Assembly (NCBI RefSeq): GCF_963676685.1
Contig: NC_092350.1
Coordinates: 25,668,001 to 25,732,000, forward strand
DNA length: 64,000 nucleotides
Source of the DNA: Mytilus edulis
Lineage: Eukaryota
Direction of reading: 5' to 3'
Part shown: in pieces, positions 14,335 through 29,300 of the stretch
Numbering within the stretch: the stretch's first letter is position 1
How the letters are laid out: the number at the start of each line of letters is the position of its first letter
Program-made: the position numbers and the translations under genes
Notes under the pieces: model-generated
What the model was told of the DNA's origin: nothing
Databases searched by the model: none
The model's input: the letters and a program-made list of their open reading frames with translations, nothing else

Positions 14335-17300
14335 CTTTCACGAGGAAGATTTTGTTTACAACCGATGCCTTCATTAAGGAATTTGACGTTGAATCAAACA
14401 ATGTGACAATTCTGGCCGAACTATCTGATCGATCGTTTGGTATGGACTATGATGATAAAAACAACTATATTTATTTCACAAGACACTTCGCTGCCGATAT
14501 AATGAGGTAAGCATGTACTCATAGGACTTTCTTGGAACTCATTTCCGAAAGCCGGAATTTTATTTTTCAAATAAAAATTCAATACGAGTTATTTCCGTTA
14601 TTTGGGAGTATACTATTATAAAGATAAAGATAAGATAAGATAAATAATGGTTTATTAAAGTGTCTAATATTGATTTATAACAAAATTTCAAAACAACTTC
14701 ATAAAAAAGATTAATACCCAGCCTATAAAGACTTACTAGACGCTGTCTAAATACAGATTTACTGCTATATCGAGAAATAGTGAGAAGTAAACATAAAACA
14801 ATGTGTTACCTCAATATACAATCATTTTCAACTTTATAATCCGGTTTGAGTGCAAGTATGTTTATAGAAAAAATAACAACTATATTTATATAAACCAAAC
14901 TTTATCTTAAAATTAACACTGATTTTTTTTGCCGTTGATAGTAGACTCTTTATAAATCATCATTTTCGCAAAATAGTCTTCTACCAAACTAAGAAAGTAA
15001 CCTGCTTCAAATTATAATTTCAAAGTAAAATTCCTAATTCCTGAAATTACTTTCGGAAAGGCCATTTACAGCAGTGAAATTAAAAGAGAAATTCAAACTT
15101 ATCAATTTGAACAACGACATTACGTGGATTTTTTTATGATTTTATAGTCAATGTTGATTTTGCAGTCAGGTCACAATATTTATTATATGTTTTACCAAGA
15201 TATGCCTGGCTCTATTCTTCCCTGTATTTCAAACCTATTTGTGCAGCTTCTTATTATTGTGTTATTCGACACAACATAATAGTTTAAGATATCTAATTCT
15301 GAGATGAGTTTATTTCATAAAGGATCTCTTTTGTTTATCTAATGCACCCGAAATTATAAACCTAAGTAGGTTTTTAAATTAAGGTTCTATTTAGTAACGT
15401 ATATTCGGAATGACTAATGTGGCCCACTATAGGTTGCACTTTGTAAATACAGCTGTTTCTCAAACCATGCCTCTTTTGGGGAGATATAGACTATTCATAG
15501 ATAATTAATTTTATTTACATACTGGTTCCAAGTTCTGATCTGTAGGATGCATCTCATAGAGACATAACTTGGGAGTGTAACCAGTAAATACACATGTGAA
15601 TATTGTTTATGTTGAAATATGTGGTAACCCTACAGTCGAGGTAGGGGTAGTTAAGAAAAAAGTGTTAGTTTAAACTCTTAGAAGTTTAGAAGGGCATATA
15701 AAAGTTGAAAATATGCCGCACAGCCCTATATTTTTACCTTTGAAAAAAATAGTAGTGCGTATGAACTTTTTTATTCTGGGATATGAGTTTTTCAAAACTT
15801 CATAGTAAAAGTGATACAGTTTTAGCCGTAAGGGAAGTTTCTATGGGAAAATGCATTGTCAATTTTTACAGAAATGCAACCTTTAACTCTAGTCTTTATA
15901 ATGTAAGACATGTCAGTCACTGGACGTAAAGGGAGCAATCAATCGTTCAGCTTAATTAATTTATTTATATAGTTATTAGTCTTAATTGGATAAAGATTTG
16001 GAACATGTAGCTGCATATTACACACCTAAATCAAACGGTGATTTTTATCTCGGATTTTTAATTGTACAATAAGTTAAGGAAAATTTGGAAGTTTTCAAGA
16101 GCGTCCAGCGACAAAAATGGGATTTTTTCATCATATAAATATTAAATCCTTTATTCAAGATCTTGCAGCTCCTACTCAGACTTTGTAAAACGTCATCAGT
16201 GTCTGAGTAGAAAGTTGATGAACGAGGGGTATGTCCAAGAACATCTCGTCCTTTTTCTAAAAAAGTTCATCGGAAGGTACCAAGACCTTGTTGTTAAATA
16301 TTCCGTATCAACTTCACAAATAATACACGATGGTCTTGATGTATAGATTCTGCGTGCTGATTTTGTTTATCATCTTAACAACGTGTTATATTGTTCTTTC
16401 ATTTGTCTTTGTTCTATTATTGATATTACTTTTACTGTTGGATTGTTTTATGTGATATCCGTTTAACGTGGCTCGGTACTTAAACATCCCGTGAAGGTGT
16501 TTGTATTATCTTTCATTTTTTGCTGGTGTGTTTTGTATATGCGACTCTTTGTGTTCTTTGGTTTTTATAACGTGACTCTGTACTTTAAAAGATCCCGTCA
16601 ATATGATATTGTTATATTGTATGTCATTATGATATATCTCTATTATGAATAAGAAAATACGTTGAACCACAAACGTCAAAATTATTCAATCGCGTAGTGG
16701 AATGAAGTATTTGTAGATTCTTATAAATTCTATACAACTTTTGGACTATTTTAAATCTCGGTCTACTTCTGACATTAATTCTTACATACTTTGATTTTTT
16801 AACCCTGTATGCTAACATTGCCCTTGTGGAATTTTTAAATTGTTTGTATATGTTCCAGACCATATGAGTATTTGGACCGTACGCGTACGGTCCGGACCGT
16901 ATAAGTATATTTGTACGGTCCGACCATACGCGTACGGTCCAGTACGAGCTGACCATACATGTTATTTGATCATATGGGTTAAATTGAAACAAGCATTTAT
17001 CACAATCTTTATTTTTAGTTTTAAAATTGTTATTGATAATTTATTACAATTAAATAGATGAAATGAACAAACGAACAATTGAAATTAAGTATTTGTTTAA
17101 TTTTATATCTGAATCCCATTTTGGTACTCTCGCCCAAGGTGACACAATTCAAGTAACGTAATATTTTTTACATTTTCATGTATGCAGTTCATGCATATTC
17201 CTTTGCATTTGCATTTTTTTGGTAAAGTTGCTAAATATTCTAAAACAATTGACGTCCCACATTATGTTTACTTCCGATATCTTCAATTTCAGTGGTCATA

Positions 17301-20300
17301 ATTCAATTAATGCATTACTGATCGACATGCTTAATACAAGAGACTACCAGATTTAATTAGCGTGAATTTAAAAAAAGTTAAAATATAAAGTTTTTGTTTC
17401 AATTACAATTGAACCTTTTTAGATTAATTTGATAGTTAAGTTATGTTGATCTGCTATATGCATTTGTAACTAATAAACTTGACCAACTTTTTAATATTAG
17501 TCAGACCGTACGCGTACGGTCCGACCGTATGAGTATTTTGAAAAGGTACGCATACGGTCAGGCCGTACGCGTACGGTCCAAATACTCATACGGTCTGGAA
17601 CATATATACATTGAACGACAAATTTATGTGACGTATAAATTTTCTAACGTCATACACGCGAATCAATGAATGTGTTTGTAGATAGATGTTTTTTTGTGTT
17701 CTGTTAAATTGTTCCTTTTAAAATTGTTACACGATGGTGACTGCTGTACCCATATTTTGACTATTTTATGTATTATGTCTGTTTAGTTCACGCATTATTG
17801 TAAATATAACGGAATTTGATGAGACTGTCATCAAAGTGAGAGGTTTAGCGCTTTAAAACCAGGTGTAATCCAGCATTTTCTACATTTGAAAATGCTTGTA
17901 CTAAGTCAGGAATATGACAGTTCTTGTCCATTCGTTTTTTATGTATTTTGTCATTTGATTTTGCCATGTGATTATGGACTTTCCGATTGGATTTTTGTGA
18001 TTTTACTTTTTGGCATGTATAAATAAATACTTTGCAAGTTTTTTTCTCATTTGATGTTTCATTTTGCATTTTATTTTGCTAGTTAAACGTAATTTTTATC
18101 TTTTCCTTTTTCTAAGGTATGAATTATTCGAAATACTAAGGATTTTCTTATCCCAGACATAGATTACCTTAACCGTATTTGGCACAACTTTTTGGAATTT
18201 TGAGTCCTTAATGCTCTTCAACTTTGTACTTGTTTTTGTTTCTAGCTATTTTGATCGGAGCGTCACTTGTGAGTCTAAGGTAGACGAAATGCTGGTCTGG
18301 CCTATTAAATTATAAGTCTGGTACCTTTGATAACTATTTACACCACTGCTGGTTGACGTTTCGTCCACGAGGGTATCACCAGCCCAGTAGTCAGCATTTC
18401 AGTCTTGACATGAATATCAATTATATGGTCATTTTTATAACTTTACTGTTTGCAAAAGTGTGAATTATTCGAAATACTAAGGATTTTCTTATTCCAGGCA
18501 TAGAATACTTAGCCACATTTGGCAAAACTTTTTGGAATTTTGGGTCCTCAATGCTCTTAAACTTTGTACTTGTTTGGCTTTCTAACTATTTTGATCTGAG
18601 CGTCACTGTTAAGTCTTACGTAGAAGAAACGCGCGTCTGGCGTTCAACTTATAAGCCTGGTACCTTATCATGTGTCTTCTCCAATTTGTAGAAAATATAG
18701 TCAATAATCTAACGTATAACTCTCTAAATGGACAAATGACTCGACGATCAAAACAGGTTTTTTACAAGTGTCCCTGTTAAATTCATTAACCAATAAATGT
18801 ATTTACTAATAGTCTACTCATTTAAAATATTCATTGACACATAAAAGTTTCTGTCTACCATTGCAGTCCGTTTGTCCACTTGATATCTTTTGAAAGTGTT
18901 GTCGGGTTAATGTATTACCATCTTTGACATTTAATTAATGATCTATAAAAAAAATTATGGGAACAGGCGTTACATGTTGCCTATCCAAACAACTATGGGA
19001 AAAGGGAATAGGACTGCACAAAAAAGTGATAAAGGGACTATAACTCCTATGTGTGAGTGAATCACATTTACATTCATGTAAGCATATTTGCAGATCTTAT
19101 CCAAGTGATACAAAATGAGGGTCTTAGTTTATATCTTAATATATCAAAGATTTAGTACATGCAAAAATGAAAAACTCATTTAATAATTCAAACAATTCCT
19201 AAACATTCAACAAGTTATCGTCTGAAGAGAATGAAGCTGTGCGGTTACTTAAAAGCAGAGAAGAAATTATAATAAAACCAGCAGATAAAGGTAGCGCTGT
19301 TGTCGTCATGGACAAATGTGATTACATCCAAGAGGCAAAACGTCAACTCTCTGATGAGAGATTTACCATAGCTCTAACAATCCTAATCTTTCAACGACTC
19401 TCCGTAGACAAAAAGAAGACTACTGGATTAGACAATTGGGAACTGCAACACCGTATGGCTGCAATGACAAAATTGATGGTATAGGTATTCTATCTAGTCC
19501 TTCGTGTAACTCGGTGAATGTGATGAATATTTTCAACTCGACTCCTCAACGTAGACGCAGTCATGGTCATCGTCATTATACATCACCCTCTCTGCATGAT
19601 GTCTCTATTAATGACTTGCTGCCATTCATACAAAAACCGTTAGGTATTCATCACATTCGCACGAAACTTTATTCATTACGCCTTTCAAAACTTCATTCTC
19701 TGTTCAATTTATGTTTGGAATCCACTGTTACAAACCCTCATTCAAACCAATACAAACTTCAAGCTATAATTTCGGATATTGCAAGTCACAGACTTTTCAA
19801 GCCAGTTCGCATTGGAAAAGATGAAAAAGAGAAAAGATATTTTCTAAATCTTTCCTTTGCCAACAAAGGTCTCGATGGCGTCAACCTTGGCAATGTCCTT
19901 CATCATAAATTAGTTCAATCGAAAATACCTCCTTATTTTAAAGACCAGTCTGTACCAATAATTTCTTATACCTATACCAAACCTATTGCAACTAAAATTT
20001 TCAATTACAAACGCGTTTTGCAGGATCTCGATATTGACGACTTCAAGTCTAAACCTCCTGATTGCACTTGTGCTAGTTCCCAATTCACATATAATCCCGC
20101 TGGCCACGTTATTACCGGTGACCTTAACATTGTTAATAACACTTCTCTACGAAACGTGTTATCGAAAGGTCCGAAATATCGTGAGCCTAAATCCATCAAT
20201 TGGAAATACAACTTTAAAATTTTGATGGATTCAGTCGAGGATTATGCCAGGCAATGGGCTAAGCGCGAGAAGGAAGACGTAAACACTCTATCCGAATGGA

Positions 20301-23300
20301 TAAAGGCAGTGAGGTCCTTAATACAAATCAGAATTAAAAAACTGAATGGGTCCATCAATGCCCATGCTACGTCAATTTTTTAAAGACCCAAATGTTGCTA
20401 AACACCTATCCGACCTCCATGATAAATATGTTGTTGTCCCCACAGACAAAGCCCCAAATAACATCGTTTTTGTCTGTAAAAGTCATTACATTAATTGCTT
20501 GATAAACGAATTAGGTATAGACAATTCACTTGGAAACTCAACATATACCCTCACGACACTTACCAAAGAGGAAATCCTGGATAATCATAGGTCTGTTCTT
20601 TGTTCCTTTGGTATTTCAACCAAAGATGAAGAACTGGATCTTCCATCACTGTATTGGATACCTAAACTACATAAGTGTCCTTACAAACAGCGGTATATTG
20701 CTGGGTCTTCCAAGTGCTCCACAAAACCTCTTTCTAAATTATTAACATCCATTTTATCAGCAATCAAAGACGGGCTTCAAAGTTATTGTGAAACTGCCTA
20801 TTCTAGAGGTGGCGTGAATCAGATGTGGATACTTAAAAATTCCAAAGATCTTTTAGAGTACATACAATCTAACTCTCTTTCATCTTGTAACAGTATTAAA
20901 ACATATGACTTCTCTACTCTTTACACAAGTATTCCACATTCCAAACTTAAAGACAAATTAAAAGAGTTGGTATTACTTTGCTTCATAAAAAAGAATGGCC
21001 AACGTAGATACAAGTATCTTGTCTTAGGGAGGGATAAATCCTACTTTGTAAAGAATCACTCTGATTCAAACAAAAAATTCTCTGAAACCGATATTATCAA
21101 GATGCTTGATTTCTTGATTGACAACATATTTGTTACGTTCGGAGGACGTGTTTTTCAACAGACTGTCGGCATACCAATGGGAACAAACTGTGCCCCTCTA
21201 CTTGCTGACTTGTTTCTTTATTATTATGAGGCTGACTTCATGCAGGAACTTCTTAGGAAGAAAGATAAGAAGTTAGCAATATCCTTTAACTCTACTTTCC
21301 GCTATATAGATGACGTTCTTTCACTAAACAATTCAAAATTTGGTGACTATGTGGAACGCATCTATCCCATCGAATTGGAGATAAAGGATACTACAGATAC
21401 AGTTAAGTCAGCTTCATATCTTGACTTACATCTAGAAATTGACAATGAGGGTCGGTTGAAGACAAAACTTTACGACAAAAGAGATGATTTCAGCTTTCCA
21501 ATTGTGAACTTTCCATTTCTAAGTAGCAACATTCCAGCAGCACCTGCATACGGGGTATATATCTCTCAATTGATACGATATTCCCGTGCTTGCATTTCCT
21601 ATCATGATTTTCTTGATAGAGGGTTACTGCTCACAAGGAAGCTATTAAATCAAGAGTTCCAAATGGTGAAGTTGAAATCATCCCTTCGTAAATTTTACGG
21701 ACGCCATCACGAGTTGGTTGACCGTTATGGAATAACCATTTCACAAATGATATCGGATATGTTCCTCACGTCGTAACTACAATTCCCTTCCCTTTCATGA
21801 ATTTGACCTACCGAATTAGACTATTTACCGGATTTGTAATCACATAAGCAACACGACGGGTGCCGCATGTGGAGCAGGATCTGCTTACCCTTCCGGAGCA
21901 CCTGAGATCACCCCTAGTTTTTGGTGGGATTCGTGTTGTTTATTCTTTAGTTTTCTATGTTGTGTCATGTGTATTATTGTTTTTCTGTTTTTCTGTTTGT
22001 CTTTTTCATTTTTAGCCATGGCGTTGTCAGTTTGTTTTAGATTTATGAGTTTGACTGTCCCTTTGGTATCTTTCGTCCCTCTTTTATAGGAAAGACTCCA
22101 CCCCTCAACTCAACAAAGAATTCACCACAAACCTGAAAAAAGCATGTGTGGTCATATTGATGAAGACACATTTAAGTATTTAAAACATGAAAATTCAAAG
22201 CCATCTTCTGCCCGAAATACATAAAGTCAATAATCCAGGTAGACCAATTGTTTCCGCCAATGACCACCATACAGAGAAAATATTAGAATTTATTGACTTT
22301 CATCTCAGACCACATGTAGAACATTTACCATCCTATATACAAGACACCAACACATTATCTTAAGAAAATGGAATCTTTGAAACCTCTCCCACCTGAAACG
22401 ATCCTTGTCTCGCTTGATTTTACCTCCCTCTATACTAACATCCCCATGACGATGGAATTGAAGCATGTAGGGAAGTCTGGAACTCTCGTAACACCTGACA
22501 TCCACCATCTGAATGTCTCATCCAGCTTCTAACTTTGGTATTGCAATGCATTAACTTCACATTCAATGGTGAACACTTTCTCCAAGTTAATGGAACATCA
22601 ATGGAAACAAAGATGGCCCTGTCTTATGCCAATATTTTTATGGGGAAATTAGAACAGAGAATTCTCAATTCTACTCTTTATCAACCCCTCTCTTGGTTCC
22701 GATTTATAGACGATATTGACATGAAATGGGATAATACTGAACAAGAACTAAATTTGTCCATTCAACATGCCAACGATGCCCATCCCTCAATAAAATTCAC
22801 ATATGAAATCTCTGACTCTCAGATCACATTTCTTGACACTACAACAAAAGTGAGGGATGGAAGCATATTTACAGGTATGTATTGCAAGCCCACAGACAAA
22901 TATCAATATCTATCTCCTTTGAGTTGTCATCCTCAACATTGCACCAAGAGCATTTCCTACAGCGAGGTCATACGATTAAAAAGGATTTGCTCCATCAACG
23001 ATATTGCAAAATAAAACGACTACAAGAACTTCGCAGTCACATAAAACATCGAGGCTACAAAAAAGATAAGACATTGATAAAGGTTTGTCTCGTGCTAACA
23101 ACATCAGCCGAGATGAACTTTACATTATAAAGACAGAAAGGTCAACAAGAGGATGCCTTTTGTGTTGACTTACCATCCACAATTTGACAACTTATCACAC
23201 CTAATCCGCGAAAGTTGGAAAGAAATCAATTAACAGCCTAAACTATCGAAGATCTTTCCCGAGCCTACTATACTGGCTTTCCGTAGGCCCAAAAGCCTTA

Positions 23301-26300
23301 AAGACTAGCTGGTGAGAGGTTTTAACAGTCACTCCACTTGTATAGAATACACCATATTTTGCAATGTAAATTGCAAGACTACAATTGTTGTGTATCTCCT
23401 ACAGTGCAGATGTGGTAAACAGTATGTTGGCGAGTCAGAACAGCCGTTTCCCAAACGAATGAACGGTCATCGTAGCGACTACCAATGCAAGCCAGACCTC
23501 CCTCTCAGTCTACATTTGAGAACGCCTGGCCACACTAAGGTAGATCTCAATCGACTGACCATTACAATCATTGACCACAACTCTGATTGGTCTAGGGAGT
23601 ATAGAAAAAAAATTGGATAAGAAAATAAAAAAACTCTAATTATTACTACATTCTCTGTTTCTTTTTCTTTACCTTACTCATCTCTAAAATAAATTTGTTG
23701 AATATACCAGTTTAAATTGCTTAATTTTTTGAGGGATGTAAAAGTACCAAGCCACGTTCAACTAGTTAACCTAAGTCAAAATTTATTATAATATTGTAAC
23801 GGCCTTTTGTTTGCGATTTTTGAATACGCAGCCCCTGTTGTAACTATTCTACCGTTGTCAAATTTGAAATTTAGATCGTTCAGTGCTGTTTATTTGGAAG
23901 TCTTTACTGACGCAATCAGTCTTGTAATATCATAACTGGCGTCACCGTTAAAGTTTTAGAATTGTGCTGGTTCATATCGCACATTGTTATTTTTATTTGA
24001 AGCATATATTTGCAGTCTCTGTTTTAGTTAGCCATAATACTTATATCATGTTTAACAAATTTTAAGAATGGTGCAAGCGTCTTAAGGTAGATGGGTTGTC
24101 TAAATTATAATCCATAGAATTTTTTTATAATTTGCCAAAATGTACTTTATTTCATGCTTTTTAAAGAAAATTAATAAAAAGAATTGGTCAGGGGTCTTAT
24201 TTTCACGTTACACGGTGTTCAAAATTGATAGATTTTGTATAGATTATGCATGAAAAACCCATTTTTTTGCAATTAAGCGTAAACTACATATTATGTGACA
24301 ACTCTACAACAGATTTATCGATCGGATCACCAGCAGTGATGGTGATACATGGCTGTGTACATTCTGTATATACAACTCGTCTAAACATCAACCTAACAAT
24401 GTTAGATCTGTAAATTTGCTTTCGCATGAATATTCAATTTTCTCATATTTATTCACCCATGGCGTTACAATATGTTTAAAAAAAGGTCGTAAAACTTTGT
24501 TTTTGAATAGTTTTTATCTTTATTTCTTAAAACCTTGACTGAATATCTGAATATTCTAAAGCTCCTTATTCATCAAGATCTGATAAAGATGTTTGACAAG
24601 ATGTTAAAAACTAAAAGATCACTTTCGAGTTATGTCCATCTCAAAAAAAGATCTTCAATTATGAGCGATTTTAAGACGAAACTATCCACAGAAAGGGGAC
24701 CTGTATTATTTTAAGTTCATCAAGCGTTTTCGTGATCGTCATTATGCACGATAAACTATAAGTAATGTTTTTCCGTTGGTAATTAATCATAATTTAATAA
24801 TGACAGCAGTGCTGATTACCAATTATAAGAATAATTTGCCGAATTATTCATACACTATAGCATCATTTTGTCAACCGCTTCATCAACATTGGGAGAACGT
24901 GACGTCGCGCCTAAAAGCACGAATAAAGTTCAATAAAACCAAAGCAATGAACTCGAAAATGGGCTGTTGTAAGAAGAGATGTAACTACATTTTATTCTAT
25001 CCTAAAGATTAAAGATGATGAACACATATGGCAAAAAGTTTCGCATCCGTTTGTTTAATTTCCGAATAATATAAGATGTTTAAACAAAAACATTCTTAAA
25101 CAGAACTGTATTGGTAAATTGGGAATGGGATCTGTAAAGGTTTATCATGTTTATAGTTAACTGATTGATAATATGAAGAGTCTTTATTTTGAGATCTTGA
25201 AATTAAAAAGTATAAATATATCCCAAAATTTATAAAACCATCACACGGTGTTTATTTCCAGCTAGCAAAATGAAATGCGAAATAATTCAATAATTAAATA
25301 ATGTAACTGTCAATTAATCGTTACTGACTCCAATCAATTATATAACTGTTTTTCTATATATCTGATGACATAGTTGTTTGTTTTTAAAAAGGTTTAGATA
25401 ATGACACAATGTAGACTGCTGTACCTCAATTTTGACATTTTTACATATTATGTCTGTTTGTTTTGCTCACACATTTGCTAGCCAAAATGCCAGTTTATTT
25501 CTAAAGAAAACACGTAAACTTATAACGTACAAGTACACACCTGTGATATCGCGGGTCCGTGACTGAATTAAAGTATATAACTATGCCTAAGCCTTATTTT
25601 AGTAACTGGTATTGTCAGTCCTTTGATTATGACCCGTGTATATAGCAAAATCCTAAATACACCATTTGATGGTGCACCTGTCAAATGCGGAACGTACAGA
25701 AAAGGTAATAGCTGAGTATACTATTTGTATCGGTATCGGATTCGACCCGGAAGTTGTTAATTATTGGCAATATTAATTATGCTGAAAACAAAAGGGTCTG
25801 GAGTGGTGTAATTTTTGATCTACACCATTGTCCTATATTAGTTATAAATAGAGTTGAATTCTTTGATTTGTCGTTTTTACCCGATGACGGCTGACAAATT
25901 GGACCTCGTAATTTTAGTATTATAAATTGTTATAAATATCAGGTAAATAAACTCATGTTGAAGAGCATTCATGACCGAAATTCCTAAAATATTTGCCAAA
26001 GTCATCTATTCCTGAGGTAGAAAAGCCTTAGTTTTTCAAATGTAATTCGTGGTTGAAATATGATTTTTACAATATGCATTCAGTACAGAGAAGAATTACT
26101 ACAAACATGACTAGAAACGACATGACCGTTTGTTTTAGAGTCAGCAGAGTAGTAGAGTCAGTATTAAACACTTAGATCTACCTAACTCCATTTGGCAAGA
26201 TATACTTTATAAGTTTTCGAAATGGAGAAAAAGGTTCACGTTTTGTATTTATGCAAACAAAACTGTACTGTGATAGAATAACATCAAATTTTAAACATTA

Positions 26301-29300
26301 CAAGTTGAGAAATAAGGCTACTAAACACTTGTTTGTTTTATTTAGATTTCGTTACCCATCACAGAACTATACGTTTCAAACAATTTGCACAACAGGAATT
26401 AACCCAGGAGGTATAGCTATAGATAACGTACTTGGACATGTGTATTTCGCTCACGATAACACCAAGATCTCTAGATGTAACCTAGATGGATCAAATGCAG
26501 TGGATATCCATACAAGTCTAAACGGCCCTTTTGCTTTAGGACTCGATGTTAAAAATGGGTATATATATATATCCGTTGGTAATGATATCTTTGTGCATAT
26601 AAACAACTTCAAAAGGTAACTGTGTCATCCTAAACGAATCAAGATTTGTTTTTATTATCTGGTCTACAGATCTGTATATTGAATAGCCTCAATATTAAGT
26701 AAAAAAAAATTGAACTAATCAAGACCTCTTGGTTGATTTAAAAGAAAGGTGGAAGGCACCAAATACATAATCAAACTCATTAGTAAAAACAAACTTATTA
26801 TGCCATAGCTAAAAACAAAACAAATAACAAACAACATAAAACTGTCTACAAAACAAATTATAGAATACAAAGAATCCCAACAAAACATGGGAGCCGAATT
26901 CCTCTGCTCTAAGAGGGTAAAAGATCCGGATCTACAAGTGGAACCTGGCGGGTGGATTTTGTAAGTACAAACCCAGTGATAAGTCTCATAACGAGAAGAG
27001 GACTTATTCTTTGTCAACAATTGCAACATATCCATCGTTATCTGTAAAACAAATATTCCATAACGGTCAAGCAACTTGTGAAGGCGTCCGTAAAATATTT
27101 GAAGGGATGGCTTTAACTTCATTATTTAGATATCTTGGTTTTATAGCTTCCATGTAAGTGGCTAACCTGTATCAATAAAATCATGATAGAAATGTCAAAC
27201 TCTTGAATATTGTATCAACTGGGAGATATCTACCCTATATACAGGAGCTGGAGTATTGCTACTTAGAAATGGAAAGTTCATAATTGAGAAGCTGTAATCA
27301 TATCTTCTGTCCTAAATTTTGTTTTCAAATAAACCTCTGTGCCAATTTCTAAATGCAAGTTATGATATGAGGCACATGTAACTACATCTGTTTTATCCTT
27401 TAAGTAAAGTTTGTTTGAGTAGATATGTTCAACATGGTCACCAACCTTTGAATTTTGCAATTATAGGAAATCATGTATAAAGTTGAACGTAAAGTTAAAG
27501 TATAATGCGAACTTCTTTTTATTCATATGCATAACAAGATAAATTCAAAATCTTTCAAAAGTACTGCATTGTTAATATGTATATCTTTTTTTAAAGATAG
27601 TTCGACAAATATGTAATGAGACTATATAATGCTTTGCACTTGTCTCCTTTTGGTGTGTAAATTCATCAGAAATTCTATATAGTCTTACAATTATAAGTCA
27701 TGTTTATCTAAATATGTAGTTTAAATTTGGCCGTTTTTCATTCTACGATTGTTTTACTTCTTTTAAGCAAGATAAACATTTGTTTTCAAATCTGTATTAT
27801 TTATATAATGCATTGTTATTAAATATACTTATTATATGTCTTTCAGGTGGATGTATTTTTCAGAAAATGGAGTTCCACGTAAAATGGTAAGATCAAGATT
27901 TGATCTTTCTCAAAGGCAAGACATTTATACCCAATCATTCGTAGCTTACAGCCTTGATCTAGGTATGAGAATATCGTATGATTATATTTCATAAACATTT
28001 AGTAGTTCTTTAATGAGGATGGATGTTCATAAGGAAACACAAATCAATTCAGACTCAGTCTACGGCAATACTTCTTTCGGATATTGATAACCACCTAAGC
28101 GTCCTAATCCACGTTTGATTAAAGTAAATGTTAAATGAATGTCCGGAATATATTATTAAAGTAACTGTTGTTAAAACTGAGTACATGTAATGACTTGTGG
28201 AACAATGTTCTACTCTACTGCCATATTACATCGGTTAACTAGAGAAGCTGGTATATAATTCCAGGTGGTTGGCCATTATGTTATCTGTGTTTAAGATCAC
28301 CACAGATGTATAACAATTATGAGATGTAGTATGATGGCTAATGGGACCACTTTTTACTAGTTCAAATGGCGTAGAAATAAGCCATGAACGTATGGCCGTT
28401 AACAATGAAAATGACCCAGACCGTATGGTATATTAATGGTCCGACTAAAAGCATGTAAACACTTAATTTTGAGTGTAAATTCACATTGCGATAAGACGTG
28501 TCACGGTACTTGTCTATCCCAAATTCATGTATTTGGTTTTGATGTTATATTTGTTTTTCTCGTGGGATTTTGTCTGATGCTTGGTCCGTTTCTGTGTGTG
28601 TTACATTGTAGTGATGTGTCGTTGTTCTCCTCTTATATTTAATGCGTTTCCCTCAGTTTTAGTTTGTTACCCCGATTTTGTTTTTTGTCCATGGATTTAT
28701 GAGTTTGAACAGCGGTATACTACTGTTGCCTTTATTTATTCAGAAATAAAAGCGTAATCATTACGAATACAGTTGACTTAAAACAAATATGAAAGACATG
28801 AACCGGTTAAAACCATCGAATTATTGGCTCCCGACTGGGACAGCCACATGTGGCGGGTTAAAACATGTTCGTGCGCGTTGAATCCTTCCCTTTTATGGGA
28901 GAGTAGAGAACAAGTTTTACAGAATACATCAGAATAAACTGTGAAAATCAGTTGTGTGGGTTTTTGTGGTTCAGTCCTGAGTTTTTGATGTTTTAATATT
29001 CATGGATTTTCCATCGCTTTTTATTTCTTTTTTTTTTGTTGTTGCTATAGTGTATTCAGTTTTTCACGAGTATTGAGTTTTAAACGTTTCCTTCTGCCTC
29101 TTTAATCATAATAACAGAAATAGAGTTTGAATTGATTAACTTATGGAGAATTATATATCCCTTGAATCCTTAATCAAGCATAATGCTATTGATCAGTTAC
29201 ATATTCAGTTCCTGGCTCAAGTAAGAGGTTTTAAAAGAATATAAACAATAGAAAAATCAAATTAAAAAAAAACAGACTTTAAGGTCAGAGAAAAATTCGA

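Noticed and set aside
19239-19484. 81-aa ORF as a gene
   Set aside because: Chimera of host RT sequence and an out-of-frame read of the nested element
21777-22086. SECIS element / selenoprotein coding, reported for some Naiad elements
   Set aside because: No in-frame TGA in the retained ORFs and no convincing SECIS stem by eye
24295-24430. Possible second ribozyme-bearing repeat family
   Set aside because: Looks like an interspersed repeat, but no catalytic core is present in this fragment
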